From NCBI RefSeq assembly GCF_006345805.1, contig NC_043003.1, positions 7,130,001 to 7,194,000 on the forward strand: a stretch of DNA of 64,000 bases, given 5' to 3'. The translations under genes and the position numbers were made by a program. Below are positions 1-40,500 of the stretch, piece by piece. Numbering within the stretch: position 1 is the stretch's first letter; every line of letters starts with the position of its first letter. Source of the stretch: Octopus sinensis (Eukaryota). Under the pieces are notes generated by a model. That model worked only from the letters and a program-made list of their open reading frames with translations, had not been told where the DNA came from and did not search any database.

Positions 1-202
1 AGGACTAACTTATATTTTGCATTTGCGGCTCCGTTGGTGGCTAATGACAAGAATACACGACTGCAAACATTGCAGACCAAGCTTCCCCATTCACATACAT
101 ATATACATACATACATACATACATGTATGTATACATATGTACAATAAATTGTTGTTGTTGATTTTGATTTTAATTTCTGAAATTTTCTCTTTTCGTTGAC
201 AG

Positions 203-26833
<26,631 letters not shown>

Positions 26834-27373
26834 GTGTTTGGCCTTAAGGAAAAGGAGCATTTCTCTCTTTCTCTTTCTTCCAACTCCCCTTTCCTCATCC
26901 AAAACCCGCATCATCCTCATCATCATCATCCTCATTACCATCATCATCATCAACCACTGTTACTCAGTCTTATCACAAGACTAAATAGTGTAACTAACTC
27001 CATCCCCAATCAGACCCCCTCCCCACTCCCTTGCTTAATTTTTGTTTGTTTCTTTCTTTGGATTGAAGTAGTCTTCTTTTTCATCTTGTTTCTTTCTTTC
27101 ACCTTAAAACCCTTCCTTTTCGTCCCTCATTTGCTCTCCTCTTAAGTATTGGTAGGTAGGGATATGAAGTAGGAGGTCTAAACTAGCAGTAGGTCTTTGT
27201 ATTCCTTCTCTCACTCCCTCTCCCCCACCCCCGTCTCTCGTCTCTGCTAAGCTCCCTCACCATTCTTTATACTTCATTGAACAATCTGTCTTCAAACACA
27301 CACACACACACAAAAGTTTTATTGACAAGCCTACATCTATATACATGCAGATGTGTATGTGTGTGTGTATACC

Positions 27374-27975
27374 TCAGTAATAAAGCTGCAAAAACATCAC
27401 AAAAACTGTTAGTCAGAGTTTCATGTTTCTGTTTGTTGGACAGTTTTGGTTGAGAACGGAACAAAATATGGTTATATGCATAAATATATATAATATATAA
27501 TACAAATAAGAAAATGGAGAAACAAATTCAGTTTGTTCATCAACTTACGGATATTAGTAACATTCTAATATCCGTAAGTTGATGAACAAACTGAATTTGT
27601 TTCTCCACTTTCTTATTTGTATTGTAAATTTACGGTAAAAATATTTTTACCGTAAATTATTACCGGTAAAAATATTTTTTTACCATCACCCATTTAATAC
27701 AATAAATGAATTAATTGCATTGCAATTAAAAACATTTATGTATTAAGAATTTGGGTACTTTACCAACAATATATATGATAAATGATATCCCATAGTGGGT
27801 TACACTCATAACCCCTACCTTACTTTGTGCTATATATATATTTACGAATGTGAAACTCTGAGTAACAGTTTTTGTGATGTCTTTGCAGCTTTAGTAATAA
27901 AGCATGTTACTCTACCTCCGGTATTCGAGTACTACTTTTCCCCCACCTTGTTTCACACTTATGTGCTTACTCTGG
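27374..27975. mobile_element. Inverted pair of family H1 termini with an internal hairpin
   Basis: 27374-27450 is the reverse complement of the 27846-27900 segment; both outer ends abut TG/TA microsatellites. Confidence 0.6.
27499..27658. repeat. 59-bp-arm hairpin followed by a perfect 32-bp palindrome
   Basis: Arms 27499-27557 and 27565-27623 (1 mismatch, 7-nt loop); palindrome 27627-27658. Confidence 0.95.
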
Positions 27976-28000
27976 TTTATATATATATATACATATATGC

Positions 28001-28038
<38 letters not shown>

Positions 28039-29839
28039 GTGTGTGTGTAAAATAACTTATAGGACTAGTAAGACAACTAGTTTGATAAGGATCATTTATT
28101 TAATAAATATATCAGTCATTATCATTGGCCACATCACCTTGCCATTTATGCACGTGTGTGTGTGTGTGTGTGTGTACATGCACAGACATCCATACACCTG
28201 GTAATAGTTATGTAACGTTAATGCTTAGCCTATAAGTGTGTGTTTGCACATTTAACCACAGTCCACCTTAACTGTTAGATTACCTCCCTTGTTTCAAGTC
28301 AGTAAATTGTAAAGAAGAGAAAAAAAAAAACACGGACGAATCTAAAATACTACACACCAGTTAGATAATGCATCCAGCTTCACTTTGTGTAGTCCTTCTG
28401 TAAAAAGCATTTAATACTTTCTCTTGTCAAATGAACTAGTTTTGTCCTCCTACTTCATTCTATGACACTCTCTCACTTTTGCTCTATTGATTAAACATAT
28501 TGTAAATCAGAGTTTGTCATTCAAAGCTAACATTTTTTTTTCCGGGTGTTTATCACCCACTTTGCTCCGTCAATCTTTTCTTACCTCATCCCCACTCCCC
28601 TTAATCACTCACACACACACACACACACACATGAACGGACACACAGACATGAACGGACACACAGACAAACACAAACTTTGACTTCCTTTCTGCCAAATGA
28701 GAAACTAAGTTGCTATTGTCAATTTGTATTTGGAAACAGCAGAGGTTATTCAAGCCTACCTCCTTCCATGTTTATAAAATGATCTTTGTTTGAGTAGGAT
28801 TCTGTTGTTTTAAAGTATATCTTTAACTTTTCATTTTTTTAAAAGAATTTTTTTTCTTCCAGTGCCCCCCTGCCCCCTTCCTCCCCTTTAAATATTAAAA
28901 TAGTACTTCTCACTTCTGCTACTCCACCTACTACCATCCAGAAGTGTGTATCTTGTTGTCATGCTACAATTTGAACTGTAAGAAACAAACAACTAAAGAT
29001 AAAAGGAAATATTGAAAATAACAACAACAACAACAATAATAAATTAACTTTGTTTTCATTTTATTGCTTTCAATTTATTTGTTGTTGTTTTTGTGATTAT
29101 TTAAAACAAAAAAAAATTTGTCATTTTTTAGTTTTTCTCTTTTCTCCACAGCAACAAGATTGGACAAAGTGGTTTGTGGCATTTGGCTACATCTCTGAGT
29201 CTTGAGTTCAAATCCTGAATCTTGTGTCTAACGCATGTAAAATGTAGAGATAACTGAGAGGTCTTACATGTCTCAGTTATCTTTGCCAAAGGATGTCTTG
29301 TCTTTCTTTTTGGTTTTCATTGGGCTTTGTCAAACAAGGCAATAATTGTTTAGTGTGCGTTGTGATCTTTATTTCCTGGTCTCTGAATGTAATACAGTTC
29401 TCAGCAGAGTTGAGTGGGGATGAGGTGTAAAGAGCATGTCCATTCAACTCTTGTCATTTATGACGAATTTTGGCCCTTTAGTTTATGGGGTTTAAAATAT
29501 AATTTATTTATATGCAATTGTTATGCTTTTACAGAGAAACCATTTATTTGTATGTATTAATGTCTAAAACATGCAACTTATGTACAGCTGAAAAGAGGCT
29601 AATTGTGAATAACATCAATTCTGGTAATTATCTAAATGCAAGATTGGGATTTATCTTTTTTAGGACCTTAAGCACTTTTCCTCCTAACTTAAGGATTATC
29701 TCAGAACCTTTTCAAACTTTTAAAATCATTCTTCTTTTTCTGTTGGGTAGTAAACTACCCAACTCTGCCACGACGAGTTTATTAAAATAAATGTGACCAT
29801 TGTAAACATCTATTTCCATCTAGCTATCTATTTGTTGTT

Positions 29840-30120
29840 GTGCCCAAGTCATGCTGGAAAGAGAAGGTAGCAAACACAAGGATCAAGTCCACAGAGCTAT
29901 TATATTATTGGCATACAATGTGCAATGAGTCACTGATCAAGATTATTTTGATAGGAAATGTGGAGTGGAAGAGAGGAAGAAGCCATCAAAATGTTTGTAG
30001 ACTGACAATGTCACAGAATGGACTGGAAACAAGAATCTGGTTGATTGTATTGCATGGCAGCTCAACACAGGGAATTGGAGGGTCTGAGCCCTGGGTATAA
30101 CGAGGGCACCTGGCTGTTGA
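29840..30120 (+). mobile_element. Degenerate RTE LINE 3' fragment
   Basis: IKSTELLYYWHTMCNESLIKIILIGNVEWKRGRSHQ resembles the RTE C-terminal motif (R+L.YFGH..R...+G...GKR.RGRP). Confidence 0.55.
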
Positions 30121-31524
30121 TGATAATTTTTTTTTTAATGTTGACAAGACCTCGTTAGCTCATAGGGCTAAGTGTAGTTAATTAAAACAACCCAGTGTGT
30201 ACTTGGCACTTGTTTTACTGAGCCTACAGAGATGAAGGGCCTAGTTGATCCCTTTAGCATTCAGATTACTCTGAACAATGTAATGTTTATTTATTCTCTT
30301 TGATTTGGATTAATCCCGCATTATCTTGTAGGTTTGAGATTTTGAGCAGGTCTTTGTTTAGAATGACATTGTAGGGTTGGTGTGAGAAGCCAGATGTGAC
30401 CAGTTTGAGTGTGAAATGAAATAGAATATTTTGGTTGGATATGGCTGGTTTAATGCAAGAGGGCTAAACTTGGACCATAGAGAAATTTTATTAATATTGG
30501 TTTCGAATTTTGGAACAAGGCCAGCAATTTTGGAGGAGCTAAGTCAGTTGCCCCCAGTGCTCAGCTAGTATTTCTTTTATTGACCCCAAAAGGATGAAAG
30601 GCAAAGTCAACCCTGTCAGAATTTGAAATCAGAAATGCAGACGGATGAAATGCTGGTAAGCATTTTGCCCAGCCTGCCAACAATTCTGGAAATTGTAGTT
30701 GTGATACCTGTGCTGGTGGCACGTAAAAAGCACCATCCGAACGTGGCTAATGCCAGCGCCACCTTGACTGGTTTCCGTGCCGGTGGCATGTAAAAAGCAC
30801 CAACTGATTGTGGCCGTTGCCAGCCTCCCCTGGCACCTGTGCCAGTGGCACGTAAAAGACACCCACTACACTCACAGAGTGGTTGGCATTAGGAAGGGCA
30901 TCCAGCTGTAGAAACACTGCCAGATCAGACTGGAGCCTGGTGCAGCCTCTTGGTTTCCCAGACCCTGGTCGAACCATCCAGCCCATGCCAGCATGGAAAA
31001 CGGATGTTAAATGATGATGATGATGAAAGACATTTAGTAAAACTTATACCAAAAAACAAAAACTTTGAAGTTTACAAATAATTTTTCTTTATATTTTTCT
31101 TTTATTTTCAATTGAAAGTTTATCTTTCATAAGACATAAACACAAAGACATGGACCGTATTTATTACAGTGAGGAATTTGACATTTTTCAAAAGACTGTT
31201 GGAGGAATTGGTGAGAACAAGACCATCACGGGAAAGCATTTCAGAACCATGATATGAGGAATATTTAAATGTTTTCTTCTTATGTTTTTTTTTTGTTTTT
31301 TTTCACTTATAGTTGCTAAAACCTGACAAGGTTTTGAGACTATCACATTCCAAATATAATTGAAATTGTTCAGGACCAGCTGAAAGTGACGCAAAGTCAG
31401 CACTGGTAACCAATATGGTACCAGGGAACAGAAAAATGCTGCTAAAATTTCATTTGCTTAACAGAAAATGCTTGTGCATGTATCACGTATGTATGTATAT
31501 TTACATATGTGTGTCAGTGTTGGA

Positions 31525-31532
31525 GAGTGTGA

Positions 31533-31584
<52 letters not shown>

Positions 31585-31760
31585 GTGTGTGTGTATATAT
31601 ATATGTGTGTGTGTATATATATTGTGTATGTATATATATATGTGTGTGTGTATATGTGTGTGTGTATATATATGTGTGTGTGTGTATATATATATGTGTG
31701 TATGTATATATATATGTGTGTATATATATATATATGTGTGTGTGTATATATGTGTGTTTA
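31525..31760. repeat. (TG)n/(TA)n compound microsatellite
   Basis: Direct reading. Confidence 0.9.
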
Positions 31761-34700
31761 TTAATTGACAGAAGTGACTTGGGAGTTGCAAGTTTTTTTT
31801 GCATTGGACATCGAGCAGGACTAAAAGAAGACCTGTCGATGAGTTTCTTGTGGGCCAATGCCTTTCCAGTTGAGAAAGGCAATGGTAAACCACCCCAATA
31901 TCTTTGCCAAGGGAAAAAAAAAAACGCTAAGAGAAAGTCAGAACAAAGTAAATCTATGGCTTTCTCCAATGGGGGTAAACTTGCACTTAATTGGAAGGAC
32001 TTGTGTCAATGTACTGCAAAAGCATCATTGCCGTTTAATGTCCGCTTTCCATGCTGGCATGGGTTGGACGGTTTGACTAAGAACTGGCACGCCAGATGGC
32101 TGCACCAGGCTCCAATCTGATTTGGCAGTGTTTCTACAGATGGATGCCCTTCCTAACACCAACCACTCCGAGAGTGTAGTTGGTGCTTTTTACGTGCCAT
32201 ACACACATTGGGATACATGCAAACATAATCTTTTAATAAGTTGTATATTCTAGGATTATTTAAAAATTTGGGGTTGGGGTGGATGCAGATGTAACAAGTG
32301 GGAACCTATTTTGGAGTTGATTTTCGTACAGCCATTATTATATCTTTGTCTACAATTTCTTTTATATCCATAATAATTTTGTTGATTCATGTCCCTATTT
32401 AACAATAACACTTCTCTACCTTCTCATTCTAATCCCATTATATAAATTTACATATGATAAATTCAGACATATATATATAAATATATTTGATTTTTAACAA
32501 AAAAAAAATTCATTGTGAGTTATAATGGACACTGGCACTCCCTCGGTTACGACAAAGAGGGTTCCCTTTGATCCGATCAACGGAACAGCTTGCTCGTGAA
32601 ATTAACATACTGAGGACTCTACAGACACATGTACCCTTAATGTAGTTCTCAGGGCGATTCAGTGAATCACAGTGTGTGACAAGGCTGGCCCCTTTGAAAT
32701 ACAGGTACTACCTCATTTTTGCCAGCTGAGTGGACTGGAGCATTGAGAAATAAAGTGTCTTGCTCAAGGACACAATGTGTCACCGGGAGTCAAACCTATG
32801 AATGCAAGTTACATACCCTAACCACTAAGCCACCCACAGGCTGTTTCACATTTGCATAGAGGGTGGGGGATGAAGGGTTTTAATTGGAATTGTGTTTCTA
32901 TCCACCAAAAGATGAAGTCCTTGCAATGTGGAGGCTTGCATGCCTCAATGGCAGAGAACTGTGCTGGTGGAGTGCAACCTCCTGGTAAGGTTTCCCCGTG
33001 TGGGGCAGGTCAGAGGATAGAAGGATAGAAGCTAGACTAATATGGACCCTCTCTTCATAGAAGTAAAAAAAAAAAATGGATTTGTGTGGGGGTCAACACT
33101 CCTAGAAACAAAGAGCTGAAAAAACAAAGCACCCCCCACCAAAAAAAAAAAATGCAATGTTACAGAAGCATTGATGACAAATCAAAAACAAAACCAAGAA
33201 CGGAGCCCAGGGTGAAGTACAGTGGAGAAAAGCTATCGATGGCTCATGCTTCTCAGAGAATGAAAGGCTTAAGTAAGAGGATTAAATAAAATTCCAGCAG
33301 GGTGTCCAATCACAATGCACCCAGAACCATGTGGTTGGGAAGCCAACTTCTTACCACATAGCCATACCTGTCCAATGCCTAGATTCACACCTGCCCTATG
33401 GATTTTATTTCGTAAGAGAAATCCCCTTTGAGTTTTATCAAGATTCAGGTTGAGAGTGGAAAATGAAGAGTTGCAGGTTAAAAATGAAAATAGATATTTG
33501 GAACCGGTTGATTGACCTTGTAAATTTGTTTAAACATGAACACCCAAAATACAAAACCCGTTATTTGTTAACTGAATTCTAAAAACTGCTTTCTAGCAGA
33601 AAGATACTGGTCTTGAAATCCCACCATTTTGACAAATGCTGAAAGTTACTGAACACTGTACTTGATACTAAAAAAAAATCTATTTCCAGAAAATATCAGC
33701 TGTTAAAATTCGTGTCTGAATAATCGCAATTACAGATTTCCTAATTAAGTAGAAAGCCACAAATTTGTAATGGACAAGAATGAGATTTTGCAGCATTATG
33801 CTGCTTCCAGAGGTGTCAGTGCTGACATAAAAATGGAGTGATTTGGCTTTAAACAGAAATGAAAGTCAGACCCTAAACTCAGATGACAGGAAGCTAACTT
33901 CTAGTTTTGTTTAAGAGTATCTATCAACAAGTATAATATCATCTCTGTTATAGGCACGGGGCTTGAAATTTTGGAGGGAAGGGCTAATCAATTACATTGA
34001 CCCCAGAACTCAACTGGTATTTATTTTATTGACCCAAAACGATGAAAGGCAAAGTTGGTCTCTACAGAATTTGAACTTGGATGAAATGTCACTAGCAATT
34101 TGCCTGGTCTGCTAATGATTCTGCCAGCTTGCAGCCTTACCAACAAGTAATCATTAATTTTTAAATCACTGATCTTTCAATCAACTAGCAGCTGATATTT
34201 GCTTGAGATGAGATGACATCCATAACCTAAAAAGCAATCTAGAGCCAGCAAGTTCCCCACCAGTGCTAGGTAAACCTTTTAGTGCTGCTGAGATTTGTGT
34301 TATTAACCTTCTGTGTCTTTAAGAGATACTTTCTCAAGGCAAATCCCACAATTTAATAAGGCTTTCAACATGTACGCGAAACATGTCTACACACTATTAC
34401 AAATATCTTTTCTGATGAAGCTTAAGATCCCTACCAGTAAGAAGGAGGAGTGAAGATTATAGACTTTACTGGCATATATCAGTATCAACCAGGCTCATCC
34501 GATGCTGTTATACACTGCTGATCACAATGCCCTTCCGATTCTGTCTTCATTGTGCATATGTACCTAGTCCATATTTTTTATTTATTTTGGGAGAACTGAA
34601 AGTACCTCACTCTGAGATAGGAATTCAGAATTAAGGAAGAGGAAAAACAATCTAACTTAAAATTTGTAATATTCTACTAGTTTAACCATCTTCAGTGCCT

Positions 34701-34810
34701 TTTTATAAGCAAAGCAGAAACAGCACTTATCAAAGAGTCTACCAAAAATAGACAACATTTTACTTTGGAATCTCTCATGATTTTAATTCAACAAATATAT
34801 ATATATATAT

Positions 34811-35530
34811 TATTCTTTATTTGTTTCAGTCATTAGACTGCGGCCATGCTGGGGCACCATCTTAAAGAATTTTTGGTCAAAGGAATCAACCCTAGTATTT
34901 ATTCTATCAGACTCTTTTGCCAAACTTCTAAGTTATGGGATGTAAACAAACCAGCACTGGTTGTCAAGCAGTGGTGGGGGAAACATATACACAGATATAC
35001 ATACTATGGGCTTCTTTCAGTTTCTATCTACAAAATCCACTCAAGGCTTTGGCTGGCCTGAGGCTACAGTAGAAAACACTTGCCCAAGGTGCCATGCAGT
35101 GGGACTGAACCTGGAACCATGTGGCTGGAAAGCAAACTTACCACACAGTCACACCTATATATATGTAGCAGGAGTGGCTGTGTGGTAAGTAGCTTGCTTA
35201 CCAACCACATGGTTCCGGGTTCAGTCCCACTGCATGGCACCTTGGGCAAGTGTCTTCTACTAAAGCCTTGGGTTGACCAAAGCCTTGTGAGTGGATTTGG
35301 TAGACAGAAACTAAAAGAAGCCTGTTGTGTATATATATATATATGTATGTTTGTCCCCCCCAATATTGCTTGACAACTGATGCTGGTGTGTTTATGTCCC
35401 TGTAATTAATGGTTTGGCAAAAGAGACCGATAAAATAAGTACTAGGCTTACAAAGAATAAGTCCTGGGGTCACTTTGCTCAACTAAAGGCAGTGCTCCAG
35501 CATGGCCGCAGTCAAATGACAAACAAGAAT
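34811..35530. mobile_element. Two family A SINEs head-to-head
   Basis: Minus copy 34811-35160 and plus copy 35168-35530. Confidence 0.8.
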
Positions 35531-35753
35531 ATATGTATATATATTGGACAGTCAGATGCATTCATTTGTTGCTTTTTCTCCATATTTACTTTAACCCTTT
35601 CCAATGTTATTCGAATTTACACGAAAAATATTTTTATTGCAGTGTTTTATGGGATTTTCTTTATAGCCCTATTTTCCTGTACGTTTGTTTAGAAAATTAC
35701 TATTTTTAAATTTCACAATGAGAGATATTCAACAACAGTACTTTGGAGTAAAT

Positions 35754-36099
35754 ATTGTTTGCCAACATCCCATGGCAGTCCTGGTTTAGGACGAATGTTG
35801 CTGTAATTTAGCCCCAGGAGACATTGTCTCCAGCTGGCTATATGACACGATCTGTGTTCTTATATTTTCAAACAAGGGAATCAGCTCAAAACAATAACTG
35901 TGTATTGCGATTTCTGGGTTATTTGAGCTGAGTGATACAGATATTATTTTGAGCTGAGTGGGGGCGCTAGATTGTTTAAAAATATAAGGACACAGACACA
36001 GATTGTGTTGTATAGCCAGCTGGAGACGATGTCCCCTGGGGATAAATTTCAGCAACATTCGTCCTAAACCAGTAATGCCATGTTATGTTGGCAAACAAT
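35754..36099. mobile_element. Foldback/MITE with ~120-bp imperfect TIRs
   Basis: attgtttgccaacat...ctggtttaggacgaatgttgctg...ccagctggctata mirrored at the right end; no clear TSD. Confidence 0.7.
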
Positions 36100-38237
36100 C
36101 TTTATTACGTTTGTTTAACGCTTTTGAAATTTGAATGAATTTTACCCCCTTTTCATACATATGACAATGGAATGTCAGACAGAAAAGAAGACAAAAAGCC
36201 CTATATATAGTGTTTATATGACAATAGATCTGATGATGAGCAATGACTCTGAAAAATAGTCCCTGGATGCTGATTTTGCTGGGTGGAGGTATTTGTCTCT
36301 ACTTTGAAAACATAAGGTCACCGGAAATGTGTCAAGTCCAACAGGAAACGGTGTTTCCTATGGCTAAACAACAGTAGCATTCTTCCCTTTTATGGGACTG
36401 TCACATTAAGTTGACAACATACTATAGCTTTATCGTGCTGCTACTGCATTTAGAAATCTATTATTTTGACAATAGGTCTTTTGACAGTTTTGACAATGAG
36501 AATTCCAGTTGTTTGACTAATAAGACTGCCACCTCAACATATCACAGCATGAGTGGTAGAGTATTTTATAGACATCTTTACTTTTAATGAAATCCTCCAG
36601 CAGAATCAGACACGGTTTGGTCTCTTGAATTAATGGCAAGTACAGTCTATCTACCCAATGCCAATGCAGTTTCTGTCTTCTCAATTGGGGTGCATGATCT
36701 GAAGCTAAAGCAGAAGATGTTCACCCAAGGTGAATAAGCTGTATCAAAATGTTTAGCTCACAGCGTTTCATCCAAGGCTGATTTAATAACAATACTTGAT
36801 ACCAGTTTTTATGATGTCTTTGCAGCTTTATTAATAAAGCATATTACTCTATCTCCGGTATTTGAGTACTATTTTTTCCACCTTGTTTAACATTTATGTG
36901 CTTACTCTGGTGTATATATGGATAGAAAAGCCTTTTTTCCATCGAGGGCTTATGTGTCCCTTTATTAGACTATTTTCTTTACTCATTGCACGGTGATCGC
37001 CATAAGCTTATATAAAAATACTACATATATATATATATAGATAGATAGATATATAGATATATGCATAGTGAGATAGAACCCAACGCTTCATGTTTGTAAG
37101 GCCAACTTCTTTTACCATTTAGTCACATCTGTACACACTGATTATGTGCACAGACATGTAGAGAGAGAGAGCTAGAAATGAAATGTTCAAACCACACAGC
37201 TTAAAGACATGTACTAAAACAAGACGAATAAATGGGAGATCTTTAATAAACTCTATTTGTTTTGGTCTTAGTTTTGGTGACAGAGAATCATATAAAGTTA
37301 TGGATACGTGTTAAAGCATTTACCCCTATTCCCATATTAGGTACTTTCAGTTATTGGACTGTGGCCATGTTTAAGAGGCTCTTTAGTTAATTATCTGCCC
37401 CCACCCAGCATCTAATCAATCTCAGTCAAATAGCTAAGTCCATAGCAGTTATGTTCTTTTTGAAAGTTATCTCTCTTTTGCAGACTTTAATACTGCAAAG
37501 AACCTACATTGGTATACACATAACATCATTTATCATCATCATCATCATCGTCGTTTAGCATCCGTTTTCCATGCTAGCATGGGTTGGACGGTTCTACTGG
37601 GGTCTGTGAAGCCAGAAGGCTTCATCAGGCCCAGTCAAATCTGGCGGTGTTTCTACGGCTGGATGCCCTTCCTAACGCCAACCACTCCGTGAGTGTAGTG
37701 GGTGCTTTTTACGTGCCACCCGCACAGGTGCCAGACAGAGCTGGCAAATGGCCAAGAATGGATGGTGCTTTTTATGTGCCACCGGCACAAGGGCCAGGCG
37801 AGGCTGGCAACGGACACGAAACGGGGCGGTGCTGGCAACGGTCGCGAAACGGAAGGTTCTCTTACATGCCACCGGCACTGGTAACACATCTGCAATTTCC
37901 ATTGATCGATTTATATATATATATATGTGTGTGTGTGTGTATATTTATGATGTGGGCTTTGGTGCAGTTTCAATCTAGTAAATAAGATCCACAAGGTAAA
38001 AGTCAAATGGAAGCTACAGAAGATACTGGACTCAAAGTAGCACACAGTGGGGTGGTACTTGACACCCAAAGTACCACAGACGTGGTCACAAAGTGAATTT
38101 TAATCCATAGCAAAATGTGCACCAAACCCCAACACCTCCTGCCATTGTATCTTAAATATGCTGGATTAAAATATTTAGCTCACAGCATTTCATCCAAAGC
38201 ATATTTAATAACAATACTTGATATATATATATATTCA

Positions 38238-38598
38238 TTTACTCATTTACTTATTTCAGTCATTTGACTGCGGCCATGCTGGAGCACCGCCTTTAGTCGA
38301 GCAAATCGACCCCGGGACTTATTCTTTGTAAGCCCAGTACTTATTCTATCGGTCTGTTTTGCCGAACCGCTAAGTAACGGGGACGTAAACACAGACACAC
38401 ACACACACATATATATATATATACACACATATATACGACAGGCTTCTTTCAGTTTCCGTCTACCAAATCCACTCACAAGGCTTTGGTCAGCCCGAGGCTA
38501 TAGTAGAAGACATTTGTCCAAGATGCCATGCAGTGGGACTGAACCCGGAACCATGTGGTTGGTTAGCAAGCTACTTACCACACAGCCACTCCTGTGCC
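38238..38598 (-). mobile_element. Family A SINE
   Basis: Same family sequence, reverse orientation. Confidence 0.8.
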
Positions 38599-39637
38599 TA
38601 TATATATGTATGTATGTATGCTTAATCATTTGAAGCAAGGAATGATTCAATAAGGCTTTAACTTTGAGTAATAAATGAACGTACAGTTCCTACTTACAGG
38701 TAGTAAATTTGTCTTTCCTTTTTACATTCAAACCTATATAACTAACAATTTAAGTCATCTTTCAGTTGACATATAAGGTATGTGTATGTATGTATATATA
38801 CATACACATACACATTTACATATAAAGTTTTAGTGTTTGATCTGATGAAAAAATATACTTTTATAGAACATTTATAAAACTGCCATGTGCGTGTACATCC
38901 TCACCATTCAACGTCTGTTTTCTTTCCATGCTGGCATGGGTTGGACAGCTTAACAGGAGCTGGTGAGCGAGGGGACTGTGCCAAGCTCTACTCCCTGCCT
39001 TGGCAGGGTTTCTACACACAAGACAGACAAGGGCAGTGTGGTGCTTAGAGTCATTCTGCTGGGGCCCTACCAATACAGTTTGGCTCTGCATATAATCGGT
39101 CATGGGAGGGCAAGCAGCATTACATAGATAATATAAGTACATACAGATGCATACTTGTGCACGTGTGGGTGTGTGCATATAATACCATACATATGCACAC
39201 GCAACGCATACACAAATATTTGAGTCTTTGCAATGTTATGTAACAAGTTTCTGGCGTGAAACAAAGGAAGAGATTCCTTTTAAAGAAGAATTTGGAATGA
39301 TGAGTGTCTGCATGTGGTGAGCTTATGTATCTATGTAGATTCGTTTCCTAAACGATTAAACAATCAAACCTGAAGTAGTTTTAGCTTTGAGTTAAAGCAT
39401 AAGTAATCTGGATGTTGGCTGTTGGATCAGCATCTCAATGTATTTGTTTAGTGACTGCAACAACAATGTGTACGGTACCATTTGTGACCAGTTGATACTC
39501 CGGTAGCAGAGTGGTGATTACATTAACTATTTAATGATTGTCATTGCAAACAGCTAACCAAGTCGTTCCTATGAAGGAGAAGGAGAGAGAGAGGGGGGCG
39601 AGCGAGGGCAGATATATTAAATAAATAGAAGACCTCA

Positions 39638-39643
39638 TTTATT
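39638..39643 (-). terminator. Candidate SPT2 polyadenylation signal AATAAA
   Basis: AATAAA on the minus strand ~750 nt after the stop codon, in repeat-free sequence; motif only. Confidence 0.3.
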
Positions 39644-40397
39644 CTAAGCTTGTGGCAATCCCATGGCCTGAGATTTAGACAGAAAAACTATGGCGATTAA
39701 AAACAAGATAGTTGTTGTTGTGTAATGTCTGAATGAGATGAGAAGTGAGACAATTCTAAAGAAAAGAGCCTGAGAACATGGAAAGAAGGACAAACAAGTA
39801 GAGAGAATGGTAACTGTTGGAGTATCATTTTTTCGTAAGACATATGAGGCCAGCAAAGGAAGTATTGCTCCAAGAAGGACTAAACTGGGGGACAAAAAAC
39901 ATAAAAGACAAGGAATAAAGCTTTTTTGGGAGTTGAAATGAAGGAAGGACTATTTTGCTTTGAAAGAGCACAACAACAATAACGTTTTCAACATCTGATA
40001 CGTTGGGAATGGTGTTGCTATTTAAATTTAAACCGGTCCAATAGCAACATGATAATAAATAACAGAAGAATAGAGTCTATCCAATAAAGAGCGTACCTAT
40101 CCAACCCCACCCTTTTTCAGCAGCTGCGATGTAAACAGTGACTGAAATAGTTCAATAAATAAATCTTCTGGAAGTGGCTTATCTCTGAGACTGGCTCCAA
40201 TAATGCCCTTCACTCAGATAATCCAGGATATAATGTCAAACTAAAGCGGAGAGCTATGCCAGAAGAGTTTGAGGAAAAGGGTTCAGCTGGTCGTCGGAAG
40301 TAATTTCATTTGTTTTCCTTTTAATCATTAAACGTTGCTTTAGATGATGTCAAAAGTTCTCGTAGACGATGTAAGCCAGGAATATGGTTCACTGCTG

Positions 40398-40500
40398 TCA
40401 CCGCACCCCTTTCGGTTTGCCCTTGCGTTTCTTAAGCATCATCAACTCCTCCTGTTCCCGCTTGATGTCCTCAAGATCTTCCATCCTTCCGATTTTGGCA
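40398..40500 (-). CDS. SPTY2D1: SPT2 exon 6 ([18 protein letters not shown]...KGVR*)
   Basis: tgccag acceptor; SPT2 C-terminal motif; TGA at 40400-40398. Confidence 0.92.

Noticed and set aside
34370-34425. GAAAC-AT-GTC ... CTGATGA as a type II hammerhead
   Set aside because: The stem I strands are not complementary and stem II has only 2 pairs; likely chance.
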